Of a DNA stretch of 64,000 nucleotides, positions 29,167-38,606 are shown piece by piece. The stretch is from contig JAUXOG010000075.1 in assembly GCA_030682385.1 (NCBI GenBank), forward strand, positions 1,825 through 65,824, given 5' to 3'. Position 1 is the first letter of the stretch. Every line of letters starts with the position of its first letter. Below the pieces are notes generated by a model. It was not told the origin of the DNA. It ran no database searches and saw nothing but the letters and a program-made list of their open reading frames with translations. Both the position numbers and the translations under genes were made by a program. The stretch is from Bacteroidota bacterium (lineage in GTDB: Bacteria; Bacteroidota; Ignavibacteria; UBA10030; BY39).

Positions 29167-31320
29167 ATGTTTAAAAAGTTAATCGTTTTAACTTTGATAT
29201 TATTCGTATCCTCGTATTCACAATGGAGATGGTTAAATCCAAAACCGCATGATAAAACAATAAATGAAATTGTTTTTTTAAACAATAGTTCTGGCATTGC
29301 TTTAGGAGAAAAAGGGAGCTGTATCGTTACTTCGGACGGGGGGATAATTTGGACGATAAAACCCTCCGCTGGTTCCTTTGATTTTATTAAAATGCATTGT
29401 GTTGATAACGATAATATATATGCTCTTAGCCAAAAAATGTTTTTTGATGGAATAGAAAGATATATTTATAAATCATCAAACGGAGGAATAAATTGGAGTA
29501 AAGTCGAAATCGGATTAGGAGGCTTCATATCAGATATTTCATTCTATGACAATTATAATTTCTGGGTTGGATTTAGAAAAGGGAGTGGTTGTTTTGTCTT
29601 TGGAGATTGTCTTCTTAAAACTATCGACGGTGGAACATCATGGACTGAGGTAGAAGATAATTTAATTGCGAGTCCCAGAGCTTTATTAAGTATTAGCGAG
29701 TTGAACATTCTTGCGGTTTGCCAGAACATCAGACAATCTTATAATTCTTATATTATTCAGACGACAGACGGTGGTAATACCTGGGAGCAAAAGTATGACT
29801 TAGGCTTATTAACCGTGTACGTTTTTAAAAATATTTCAGCTAATTTGATTCTCGGAGTTGGGTGGGGAGGGAAAATTGTCAAATCTACAGACAACGGAAA
29901 TAGTTGGTTAGATGTTTCTATTAATACCGATATATCTTTTTCAAAAATTGCTGTTTCAAACGAAAAGGATATTCTGATTCTTGGCAGCACAAACAACAAG
30001 AGCGAAGTTTATCAATCAACAAATGATGGAGACACGTGGAGTAAAGTTTTTGAGTTGAATAAGAAATTAGATGCAATTTCCTTTAAACCAAACGGAGAAA
30101 TATGGCTTGGTGGCAACAGCGGAATTCTTTTCAAGTCCACAAATAAGAGAAACGAGTGGATACTGACAAATTGTTTTACATATGAAAATTTAAAAAAGGT
30201 GTTTTTTATAAATCTGAGAATTGGATGGATAGTGGGTGAAAACGGTTATGTAATCAAAACTACAAATGGCGGTGAATCTTGGATACAGCAGTCGTTATCT
30301 ACAAATGAGACAATGAATTCCTGTGTGTTTGTGAACGACCAGGTTGGCTATATTATTGGAACGCAGGGAAAAATTTTTAAAACTTCAAACGGCGGTAGCA
30401 ATTGGTTACAAAAATATACAAACGAGTTACTCATTCTTAAACATATTGCGCGAATAGATGGTGATATATTAATCGTAACAGGTGATAACGGTACAATCCT
30501 GAGAACATCCGACGGTGGAGAGACATGGAATAATTCAAATTCAGGAATTCAAGGTAATAACAGAGCTGTAGATTTAGTCGCACCAAATCCTAATTCAATA
30601 TTTGCCGCTTTTGATAGTGTATTATATTTTAGTTCTGATACCGGTAAATCGTGGTCAGCCGAAAGAACGATCCCTAAAAATCCTGCCATGCCCTCAATTA
30701 CAAAAATAAGTTTTCCTTCTCAACAAGTGGGTTATGCATTTATTCGGACGAGCTTGTATGCTAATTATTGTTACTATAAGACCACCAATGGCGGTATAAA
30801 CTGGAGAATAATCGGAACAAGTTTTCCGTGTAGGGATGCGTCCAAGTTACTGTTTCTTGATGACAGTACGGGCTGGGTAATTGATGATAAGATGATGTTT
30901 ACATCGGATGGTGGTCAAGTATGGGGTTTTAATGAGGATATCCGTGGAGTAGATATGCAGATGTTTGACAAGGACAAAGGTTGGATCGTTGGGAATGATG
31001 GATCTATTCTTCGAACAGAAATTTATGATCCTTTAACTGATGCTAAGGAAATTCCTAAAAATTTAGCATTATACCAAAACTATCCCAATCCATTTAATCC
31101 GGCTACCAAAATTATGTATAATGTTTCTTCATCCACATTTATAAAGATTAGAATTATTAACTTGCTCGGAGAGGTTGTGGATGATCTCATTAATGAATAT
31201 AAAGACGTTGGACAATATGTAGTTGAATGGGATGGAAAAAATCTCCCCTCTGGCATATATTTTTATCAAATGTTGGCTAACAACATTCAGGTTACTCGCA
31301 AAATGATCCTCATACGGTGA
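29167..31320 (+). CDS. Secreted YCF48/BNR-repeat protein with T9SS-type C-terminal domain
   Basis: Repeated T.DGG..W / T.NGG..W boxes; LYQNYPNPFNP...SGIYFY...RKMILIR. Confidence 0.87.
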   Translation: MFKKLIVLTLILFVSSYSQWRWLNPKPHDKTINEIVFLNNSSGIALGEKGSCIVTSDGGIIWTIKPSAGSFDFIKMHCVDNDNIYALSQKMFFDGIERYIYKSSNGGINWSKVEIGLGGFISDISFYDNYNFWVGFRKGSGCFVFGDCLLKTIDGGTSWTEVEDNLIASPRALLSISELNILAVCQNIRQSYNSYIIQTTDGGNTWEQKYDLGLLTVYVFKNISANLILGVGWGGKIVKSTDNGNSWLDVSINTDISFSKIAVSNEKDILILGSTNNKSEVYQSTNDGDTWSKVFELNKKLDAISFKPNGEIWLGGNSGILFKSTNKRNEWILTNCFTYENLKKVFFINLRIGWIVGENGYVIKTTNGGESWIQQSLSTNETMNSCVFVNDQVGYIIGTQGKIFKTSNGGSNWLQKYTNELLILKHIARIDGDILIVTGDNGTILRTSDGGETWNNSNSGIQGNNRAVDLVAPNPNSIFAAFDSVLYFSSDTGKSWSAERTIPKNPAMPSITKISFPSQQVGYAFIRTSLYANYCYYKTTNGGINWRIIGTSFPCRDASKLLFLDDSTGWVIDDKMMFTSDGGQVWGFNEDIRGVDMQMFDKDKGWIVGNDGSILRTEIYDPLTDAKEIPKNLALYQNYPNPFNPATKIMYNVSSSTFIKIRIINLLGEVVDDLINEYKDVGQYVVEWDGKNLPSGIYFYQMLANNIQVTRKMILIR

Positions 31321-31326
31321 ATCAAA

Positions 31327-31815
31327 ATGGAAAGTAAAAAATTTATACTTCTTTCAAGTGCATTCGAGAACGGCAAAGTAATACCGACGAAGTATGCGAA
31401 CAGCGGAGTAATCGGGGGGAAGAATGTTTCGATTCCACTGAATTGGGAGAATATATCTAAAGGTACTAAATCATTTGCAGTTTCAATTATCGATTTGCAT
31501 CCGGTGGCAAACAACTGGGTGCACTGGTTTGTGATAAATATCCCGTTAACTGTCAATGAGATAGTTGAAGGCGCATCAAACACTAATAAAATTCCTGCAG
31601 GTTCTAAAGAACTTAATAACACATTTGGTTCATTAGGTTATGGGGGTCCTCAACCACCGAAGGGAAGCGGCTTACATAAGTATGAAGTTACAATTTATGC
31701 TTTGCATGTAGAGAAGTTGGAACTCGATAAGCATACATCACTCACAACATTCCGGAAAGCGGTTGAAGGGAAAGTTATAGCTACTGCAAAAACCGTTGGT
31801 GTGTTCGAGAGATAA
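31327..31815 (+). CDS. YbhB/YbcL family PEBP (Raf kinase inhibitor-like) protein
   Basis: LLSSAFENG..IP, WVHWFVINIP, GYGGPQPPKG.G.HKY. Confidence 0.92.
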   Translation: MESKKFILLSSAFENGKVIPTKYANSGVIGGKNVSIPLNWENISKGTKSFAVSIIDLHPVANNWVHWFVINIPLTVNEIVEGASNTNKIPAGSKELNNTFGSLGYGGPQPPKGSGLHKYEVTIYALHVEKLELDKHTSLTTFRKAVEGKVIATAKTVGVFER

Positions 31816-31819
31816 TTTG

Positions 31820-32956
31820 TTAGGAATTGGAGTTTCGCTCCGTTCCGATGGGACGAGAGTCCCTTCGGGAAATTTCGAGTTTATTTTTTACGGTTGCCTT
31901 AAACTCATCAATTAGATTTTGTACAAGTTCCTTTACTGTGGTAATGCTTGTTGCCTTGAAAGCATTCGAGCCGCAGAAAGCATATCCTTTCTCAAAATTT
32001 CCCTTTAATGCACTTATCAAAGCTGTGATGATGCAGTAAGGACTGCTTGAAATTTCACATGTCTTAATACATTGAAACGGGCACTGCAAAGGCTGACGTT
32101 TTCCTTGTTTAACTTTCTCAAGAAAATTGCTTGTGATTGCCCGCCCGGGCATTCCCACAGGACTTTTAATGATTTCAATATCCTCACTACGTGCGTCGAT
32201 ATAAGATTGCTTAAACTCAGGTGAGGCATCGCACTCTTCAGTCGTTACAAAACGTGTTCCCATCTGAACGCCTGAAGCGCCAAGCTGCATGATGTTGTAT
32301 ATATCTTCGCCGGTATAAATTCCGCCGGCTGCTATTACAGGTATCTGCTTGTTGTACGTTTCTTCAAACTGTTTAACTTCTTTTACTACTTCGGGGATCA
32401 GTTTCTCAAGCGAGTAATTTTCATCTTCAATCTGTTCGGGTTTAAAACCGAGATGCCCGCCTGCTTTGGGACCCTCGACTACTATTGCATCGGGAAGATA
32501 GTCATAATTCTTCTTCCATTTTTCACAAATGATCTTTGCTGCTCGCCCTGACGAGACAATAGGAGCTAATTTTGTAACGCTGTCTTTCTTCAGGAAACTT
32601 GGTAAATCGAGTGGAAGTCCTGCTCCGGCAAAAATAATATCTGCTTTTTCTGAGATTGCTGTTTTTACCATGTCGGTAAAGTTCGACATCGCGACCATAA
32701 TATTTACACCAATAACACCGGATGATTTCTCACGCGCTTTTCGTAGTTCTTCCTTTAAACCAAGTATGCTCGCCTCTAAAAAATCATTTGAAAATTTTTT
32801 GTATAAAAGTCCCAACCCTGCGCTTGATATAACACCGACGCCGCCTTCGTTAGCTACGGCTGCTGCCAATCCGGAAAGGGATACTCCCACTCCCATTCCA
32901 CCCTGTATAAGTGGGAGAGGAATGCTCAAATCGCCAATATTTAATGTATTCATCAA
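31820..32956 (-). CDS. Nitronate monooxygenase / FabK-like flavin oxidoreductase
   Basis: IQGGMGVGVS, GAGLP, VEGPKAGGHLG, IAAGGI, GVQMGTRF, SPVGMPGRA. Confidence 0.9.
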   Translation of the reverse strand: MMNTLNIGDLSIPLPLIQGGMGVGVSLSGLAAAVANEGGVGVISSAGLGLLYKKFSNDFLEASILGLKEELRKAREKSSGVIGVNIMVAMSNFTDMVKTAISEKADIIFAGAGLPLDLPSFLKKDSVTKLAPIVSSGRAAKIICEKWKKNYDYLPDAIVVEGPKAGGHLGFKPEQIEDENYSLEKLIPEVVKEVKQFEETYNKQIPVIAAGGIYTGEDIYNIMQLGASGVQMGTRFVTTEECDASPEFKQSYIDARSEDIEIIKSPVGMPGRAITSNFLEKVKQGKRQPLQCPFQCIKTCEISSSPYCIITALISALKGNFEKGYAFCGSNAFKATSITTVKELVQNLIDEFKATVKNKLEISRRDSRPIGTERNSNS

Positions 32957-33011
32957 TTCTAATCTTTGTTCATATAAAGATAACTAATTATTTGATTAAA
33001 ACCACTTCTCA

Positions 33012-33488
33012 TCAAAAATCGTATCGAACGAGTGGTTCATAAACCCTGTTAGTCCCCGGTTCGTATATTCTTAAAAGCAAAGGACCGGTATTATCAAAGG
33101 TTTGCAGGTAATAATTCTTAAGCGGACTTAAATCAAATTTGACATTTTCAGTAATCCATGCTTCACACATATCGGCGTTGGAATTGTGCGATAAATAAAT
33201 TTCAGCTTGAGGTGGATTTGTTTTAATGATTGAGTATGAACCGAATAACTTAAACTCATGTTCGCGACATCCGCCTGAATACGACACAACTAATATCAAT
33301 GTATCTCCGGAGATTCGAGCCGAATCAATTAAAACATGATCATTGCGAAAATCGGGTCCGGGTGAATTATGAAAAAGTATAATCTGATTATCAGTTTGCG
33401 TATTCCCTGTTGTAGAAACAGGAGCGTTTTTACAACCCCATAATAAAGAAGTTATTAAAATTAAAGTAAGTATAATATTTTTATTCAT
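33012..33488 (-). CDS. Lipoprotein (NigD-like C-terminal region)
   Basis: Lipobox LWGC; GDTL...VSYSGGC..HEF...SH....D.CEA...FDLSPL. Confidence 0.55.
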   Translation of the reverse strand: MNKNIILTLILITSLLWGCKNAPVSTTGNTQTDNQIILFHNSPGPDFRNDHVLIDSARISGDTLILVVSYSGGCREHEFKLFGSYSIIKTNPPQAEIYLSHNSNADMCEAWITENVKFDLSPLKNYYLQTFDNTGPLLLRIYEPGTNRVYEPLVRYDF

Positions 33489-33489
33489 A

Positions 33490-34323
33490 TCAACTATTTT
33501 CCTTTGGACGTATTATTGTCTTGCTCTCTTGAAATACAAATGAGTACGGCGGGACACTCTTAGTCAACCACACATTACCGCCGATGACACTATGATGTCC
33601 GACTACCGTATCGCCACCAAGTATGATCGCCTGTGCATATAAAACTACATCATCTTCAATTGTTGGGTGCCGCTTAGATTTAGCGAGCTTTTTGTTCACA
33701 CTCAACGCCCCAAGCGTTACACCTTGGTACATCTTCACGTTTCTGCCGATGACTGCTGATTCACCGATGACGATTCCTGTCCCGTGGTCTATCGCAAACG
33801 AATTACCGATTTTAGCGCCCGGATGAATATCGATCCCCGTCATCTGGTGGGCATACTCCGTTAGCAAGCGTGGGAAGATAGGAACCTTCAGCTTGTAGAA
33901 TTCGTGTGCGAAGCGATAAATTGCGATGGCTGTGAATCCTGGGTACGCTAGTATTACTTCGTCTATGTTTTCTGCGGCTGGGTCGCCGCTGTAGATGGCT
34001 TCGGCATCAAGCCAGAGCTTCTTGTGGATTTCGGGTAGCGAATTCATGAAACATTGTGTAATCTTTTCTACACTCGATTTTGAGTCTTTTAATAAAGGCA
34101 TAAGCAAACGCTTCAAATCACGTTCTATCAGAACAAGGCGTGATCCAATTTCTTCGGTTGTGAAAAACCCTTCTTTACAGAAATGAGGGAAGAGCATAGC
34201 TAATAAATTATCTACAAAATCCTGAGTTCCCTTTTTCAATTGGAAACCGAGCGAATGGTCGTCGCGTCGATCTTTCAGTATTTGTGCAAAATTATTGTAT
34301 GGTAGTTTGTTTGGCATTTTCAA
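33490..34323 (-). CDS. cysE: Serine O-acetyltransferase
   Basis: GDPAA, YPG..AI..YR.AH, TGIDIHPGAKIG..FAIDHGTGIVIGE, YQGVTLG, KRHPTI. Confidence 0.93.
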   Translation of the reverse strand: MKMPNKLPYNNFAQILKDRRDDHSLGFQLKKGTQDFVDNLLAMLFPHFCKEGFFTTEEIGSRLVLIERDLKRLLMPLLKDSKSSVEKITQCFMNSLPEIHKKLWLDAEAIYSGDPAAENIDEVILAYPGFTAIAIYRFAHEFYKLKVPIFPRLLTEYAHQMTGIDIHPGAKIGNSFAIDHGTGIVIGESAVIGRNVKMYQGVTLGALSVNKKLAKSKRHPTIEDDVVLYAQAIILGGDTVVGHHSVIGGNVWLTKSVPPYSFVFQESKTIIRPKENS

Positions 34324-34397
34324 TTACGATAATTATAAAATATTCGTAAGAACATTGGATGCAGCGAGGCGAAGTTCACCATCATAAAAACAAACAT

Positions 34398-34961
34398 TTA
34401 CTTTTTCCTTCCTGTTTTTTTTTGTAAACCAAATTCATCTAATTCAGATTGAACCGGTGTTTCAATTTCTATTACATCATCATCTTCCAACAATTTAAGA
34501 TCTTCTGCTTTGCTCAAATCAAGAACGGTTGCCGAAGGTAATGGTTGTATATTTTTAAAATCTCGATTAAAGAATTTATTAAGTACGCCAGCTTTATTCA
34601 GCAGCCAGAGTGTAAAATACAACAGCGTACACAAAATGATTGTATAAATGAAGAAATATATCGCCACTCCTAATATTAATGTAGCTGCAAGGAAAAAATA
34701 TATTAGAAATGAAACAGCTAAACCTGAACGCAAGTGTTGGTTCTTGAACGTCGCAATTTTTGAAAGTATGTATATAACAACCATTCCAATCGGTTGCAAG
34801 ATATAACGATATCCAATCCCAGTTTTATTTTTAAAAAAATTAATTTGAGTCTGAAGCCACTTTTGTAACGCCGCACAGCTTTCGGCAACTGATTTAGTGT
34901 TAAAGTAACCCAATATGCCGCCAACGATTAGGGGCACAATAATAAATATAAAATCTGTCAT
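34398..34961 (-). CDS. Hypothetical membrane protein
   Basis: 187-aa ORF with several hydrophobic segments; no recognised motif. Confidence 0.6.
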   Translation of the reverse strand: MTDFIFIIVPLIVGGILGYFNTKSVAESCAALQKWLQTQINFFKNKTGIGYRYILQPIGMVVIYILSKIATFKNQHLRSGLAVSFLIYFFLAATLILGVAIYFFIYTIILCTLLYFTLWLLNKAGVLNKFFNRDFKNIQPLPSATVLDLSKAEDLKLLEDDDVIEIETPVQSELDEFGLQKKTGRKK

Positions 34962-34968
34962 ATTTTCC

Positions 34969-35014
34969 TCAACTTTTCTAAAAATTCATCAGCTTCAAGT
35001 CCGGTTAAACCTTT
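34969..35014 (-). repeat. Displaced copy of the thyX 3' end (46-bp imperfect direct repeat of 35612-35657)
   Basis: 43/46 identical by eye; both copies encode KGLTGLEADEFLEKL. Confidence 0.88.
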
Positions 35015-35053
35015 AACACCAAATGTATTTTCTGCTTCCATAACGGAATAATT

Positions 35054-35362
35054 TTAAATTTGTATCGGAGAGCTTTTTCGAATCTTAGAAATGGTGCTCG
35101 ATTTTGTTTTGGATTTCAACGTATATTTTTTAGGATTTTCTAGATTGTCAATTTCTAAATCTATATCCAATTCGGGCCAATAGAGGTGATATCCGTGCAA
35201 TAATTGAACATTCTGTATTGATTTTAGACTTTGTTCTTTAAAATAAGGATATTCTCGGTAGTTTAAAAAGTATTCCTTTCCATTTACAAAAATCCAGATA
35301 CCAAAAGTGGTAATGTTTTCAACGCTAACTAAAATAATTTTCCCATGCTTCGATAATTTCAT
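35054..35362 (-). CDS. DUF2442 family protein (putative antitoxin)
   Basis: VENITTFGIWIFVNGKEYFL.Y.EYPYFK...HLYWPELDIDLEI. Confidence 0.8.
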   Translation of the reverse strand: MKLSKHGKIILVSVENITTFGIWIFVNGKEYFLNYREYPYFKEQSLKSIQNVQLLHGYHLYWPELDIDLEIDNLENPKKYTLKSKTKSSTISKIRKSSPIQI

Positions 35363-35554
35363 TTTTATGTACCTCTACAATTTTTTGAATTTCGTTTAAC
35401 TTATTATGATTCAACCTATAATAAACAGCAAGTGAAATTACAGGTTCAAGCCAAAATTTTGCTTCACCATCTTCACATGAATGTGAATCCGCTTTTCTTC
35501 ATTAGATAGGAAATAAAACCTATACCCTTTTTCTCTAAAAATTGTTGGACTCAT
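35325..35554 (-). pseudogene. DUF4160 family protein (putative toxin), frameshifted
   Basis: Hand translation MSPTIFREKGYRFYFLSNEEKRIHIHV, then a frame change to EDGEAKFWLEPVISLA...EIIEAWENYFS*. Confidence 0.8.
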
Positions 35555-35588
35555 ACTAAAATCTAATGCAATTTCTAACGTTTTGCAA

Positions 35589-36452
35589 TTATTCTAACCC
35601 TTTTATTCTCTTCAACTTCTCTAAAAACTCATCGGCTTCAAGTCCGGTTAAACCTTTGCTTGCAATCGATTCCTTTGTAATTTTATCAATGTCGATAAGA
35701 CTGGCAATAACAGAAAGTTCAGCTTTAGAGAAACGTTCCGCGAATAAAACATAGTCTTCAAATGCTTCCCATGCCATCGGTGCAACACTTTTAACTATCT
35801 CTCCAATTATTTCAGCGTAAGCACGGATTTCATACTGTGCGTGTCTGTCCATACGCAAATGCAGAAAGTGCAGCAAGTTGTGCAGGTCAATTTTCCAATA
35901 CCACTCGGTATAAAGCGAAAGAGGCAAATTGATACGTGCAAGCTCGCGTGCGATGTTGTCGTTCAGAAATTCTTCGTAACGTTTGTAGCTCGATTGCTGG
36001 TCTAACAAAATCGTATCGAGGACTTTACGCCGAAGCTCTGCCGGAACTTCTTCTTCCGACCTTCCTTGTTTGTTTTTTACATTCTGTCCTTTAATCGCAT
36101 CCTCCGACGGTGCATAAAACTCGTCCTTCATAATCGAGTAGCGACCCGAAAGCTCGTTCACGTTTGCCGTGCGATGGCGTATCCATTGTCTTGCAACGAA
36201 AATAGGAAGTTTTACATGGAACTTCAGCTCAACCATCTCGAATGGTGTAGTGTGTAAATGCCGCATCAGATAGCGAAGCAATATGCGGTCCTCGCTTACT
36301 GTTTTTGTCCCTTGCCCGTATGATACGCGAGCCGCTTGAACGATGGATTCATCGCCGCCCATGTAATCGACGAGCCGTACGAATCCTGCATTCAGGCATT
36401 TGAATTCTTTATCTAAAATTTCTTCTGCTTTCGGGTTTGTTACGTGAGCCAT
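35589..36452 (-). CDS. thyX: FAD-dependent thymidylate synthase
   Basis: AARVSY, HTTPFE, ARQWIRHRTANVNELSGRY (ThyX motif), RELARINLP, HAQYEIR. Confidence 0.96.
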   Translation of the reverse strand: MAHVTNPKAEEILDKEFKCLNAGFVRLVDYMGGDESIVQAARVSYGQGTKTVSEDRILLRYLMRHLHTTPFEMVELKFHVKLPIFVARQWIRHRTANVNELSGRYSIMKDEFYAPSEDAIKGQNVKNKQGRSEEEVPAELRRKVLDTILLDQQSSYKRYEEFLNDNIARELARINLPLSLYTEWYWKIDLHNLLHFLHLRMDRHAQYEIRAYAEIIGEIVKSVAPMAWEAFEDYVLFAERFSKAELSVIASLIDIDKITKESIASKGLTGLEADEFLEKLKRIKGLE

Positions 36453-36507
36453 TATTTATATCCCGCTTTCTTTAATTCATCCAACGATTTTTAGTCATTT
36501 GTTAATC

Positions 36508-37653
36508 TCAACTATCTTCCGATTCCTTTCCATTATCATATTCGCTGAAATCGTAATCGTCTTCGTCGTAGTTGAATTCAACTTTGCTTTGTTTAATAAT
36601 CTCGTTGAGTATGTCGTTCAAAAAACCCTGATCGATTGTCGATTGAAACTTGATTAGTAATTCAGGGATGTTGATGATTTCTTCGATGCAGGACATATAT
36701 CGTGAGACAATAGCTTTGATTGAATACTGTCTCTCCGCTTGTTCCTGTATTTTATGTTTTATAGTATCATTTGAATCAGATGACTTCACAACGAACGTTA
36801 TCGGGTATTTCTCAATCTTGTCGATGTCTAAAAAATATTTCTTTACGTCCACAGTCTCCGTAACCTGAAAAAAACGCCCCAATGGTTTCATCACGAAATC
36901 AATACCGCCGTCGTTTGCGTTCGTGCGTCCTGTTTTATAGAGTTTGAGATTATCTTCCTGAAGGTACACGGGATCAAAACCCCAGTAGAGTTTTTGATTG
37001 TGATAGTAATACTTGAGGATGCTGTAGCTTACTATTTCAAAAATGCGTGCATCTACTGTTGACCCAAGCAAACCTGTGATAAATTCTACAAGTTCTTGTT
37101 CTTTGAATTTCTCCGCCCCTTCACAGAATTTGATAAAGCGGTCAAACGCACTTCTCTTTGCCTCAATGTAAGCGGTGATTATTTCTATTATAGACACCGA
37201 AAGATCGTTTTTCATGGACCTAATACCGAGTTTGAGAAGATGCTGATTGATCCAGTATCGATTTGTATTAGGATCTCGAAGGACGGGGATATATTCGCAG
37301 TTTGGGAAGAACTTTTTAAACTCCTCGTTCATTCGGTGATTGAGTGCGTGATTTTGCAATTTTTGACCGAATGGAAGTTCTCTCTGTCTATTAAATAGAG
37401 TTGAGAATATCGCACCCTCATAATTATTGTAATTGCCTGACCTGTGGAACCCTTTTGCAATGTAATCTTCGACCAAAACATAGATTGCGTAAAGATTGGC
37501 AAAACTCCCTCTCGATTTGGAACCTTTGTTGGCCGACTTGGTCTTAATATTGAGATACTGAATAAGCACGCTCTTTGAAAAGACCGCCTCCGATGACTTT
37601 GGAAAGTTTTTCTCTAGGATACTTTTGATCGTTTTCGTGAACTCGTGTTCCAT
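36508..37653 (-). CDS. Putative Type II restriction endonuclease partnered with the YhdJ-like methyltransferase
   Basis: Overlaps the end of the MTase gene; contains GRTNANDGGIDFVMKPLGRFFQVTE, a D...Q variant nuclease-like motif. Confidence 0.65.
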   Translation of the reverse strand: MEHEFTKTIKSILEKNFPKSSEAVFSKSVLIQYLNIKTKSANKGSKSRGSFANLYAIYVLVEDYIAKGFHRSGNYNNYEGAIFSTLFNRQRELPFGQKLQNHALNHRMNEEFKKFFPNCEYIPVLRDPNTNRYWINQHLLKLGIRSMKNDLSVSIIEIITAYIEAKRSAFDRFIKFCEGAEKFKEQELVEFITGLLGSTVDARIFEIVSYSILKYYYHNQKLYWGFDPVYLQEDNLKLYKTGRTNANDGGIDFVMKPLGRFFQVTETVDVKKYFLDIDKIEKYPITFVVKSSDSNDTIKHKIQEQAERQYSIKAIVSRYMSCIEEIINIPELLIKFQSTIDQGFLNDILNEIIKQSKVEFNYDEDDYDFSEYDNGKESEDS

Positions 37654-38516
37654 TTGGCTTTCTTTTCAAATAGGGAGAGTGTAGTTTGTTTTTCGTCTAT
37701 TGGCGGCTGATATGTTTTCCGCTCTCTGCGTAGAGGTTCACCGTTGAACTCTGAGGCAATCTGCAATCGACGTAATCCAATCTTTACATAGTCTTCATTT
37801 ATTTCAATTCCTATCGATTTCCTTTTGAGTTGTTTTGCAACGTGTGAAGTTGTGAAGGTACCAGAGAACGGATCAACCACTAGTTCGCCCTCGTTGCTGC
37901 TTGCCTTTATAATCCTCTCTAATAATGCTGTGGGTTTTTGAGTCGGATGAATTTCGTATTCATCCATTCGGTATCTTACTCGTGGAATATGCCAAACGTT
38001 TCCTGGGACTTTCTTTGAGTTATACACAGTCGGGACTGATTTTCTGTAATCAATTAGCTTCCGGACGGCTCCAGTCTTTGCTTCGACCAGAATATCGTTA
38101 GCATTAAAGGTATAGTCTTTCTCGTCCTTAACGCAGTGTAGTATCGGCTCATATAAAGAACCAAAATACTTGCGGGCTTGAACACTTGAACTGTCGTAGT
38201 ACCAGACGATTCGAGATAAAATAATGAGCCTGTCTCTGAGGAAAAGATCGAAGTAGGGCATATTCTGAGTGGCTGTCATTACATACAGCGATCCGTTGGG
38301 TTTTAACTTCTTGATGCACAATTGAAGCCATTTGTAACACCAGTTTAAATACGAACTATCTGATTCCCACCGATCAGGAAAATCGACAAACTTCTTCCCG
38401 ATGTTATAAGGTGGATCGGCAAAAATCAGATCAACAGAATTGTCTTTTATTGCAGCAAGTGCCTCGATAGCCTCGCCCCAAACTATTTTGTGACCATTCT
38501 TCTCAAATACCTTCAT
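37614..38516 (-). CDS. Beta-class N6-adenine DNA methyltransferase, YhdJ-like
   Basis: DLIFADPPYNIGK, YDSSSVQA, ILVEAKTG..R.LIDYRK, KVPGNVW..PRVRY.MDEYE.HPTQKP, DPFSGTFTT closely follow E. coli YhdJ as remembered. Start at MKVFEK (38516). Confidence 0.9.
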   Translation of the reverse strand: MKVFEKNGHKIVWGEAIEALAAIKDNSVDLIFADPPYNIGKKFVDFPDRWESDSSYLNWCYKWLQLCIKKLKPNGSLYVMTATQNMPYFDLFLRDRLIILSRIVWYYDSSSVQARKYFGSLYEPILHCVKDEKDYTFNANDILVEAKTGAVRKLIDYRKSVPTVYNSKKVPGNVWHIPRVRYRMDEYEIHPTQKPTALLERIIKASSNEGELVVDPFSGTFTTSHVAKQLKRKSIGIEINEDYVKIGLRRLQIASEFNGEPLRRERKTYQPPIDEKQTTLSLFEKKAKWNTSSRKRSKVS

Positions 38517-38606
38517 TTCTATCTTCTTCTTAATTAGTTTTTCTTCTCGTTGTCTCGAATTTAACAAATCCTACTGCAAAATCAAATTTAACGGATATGA
38601 ATTTTA

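Noticed and set aside
14458-31320. Strong internal repetition in the two YCF48/BNR genes (14458-16578, 29167-31320)
   Set aside because: Explained by ordinary beta-propeller protein repeats with divergent codons.
36470-38606. GTTRRRY-like boxes around the YhdJ-like R-M pair suggesting an integron cassette
   Set aside because: Only 7-mer matches, with no recognisable paired L boxes; too weak in AT-rich DNA.
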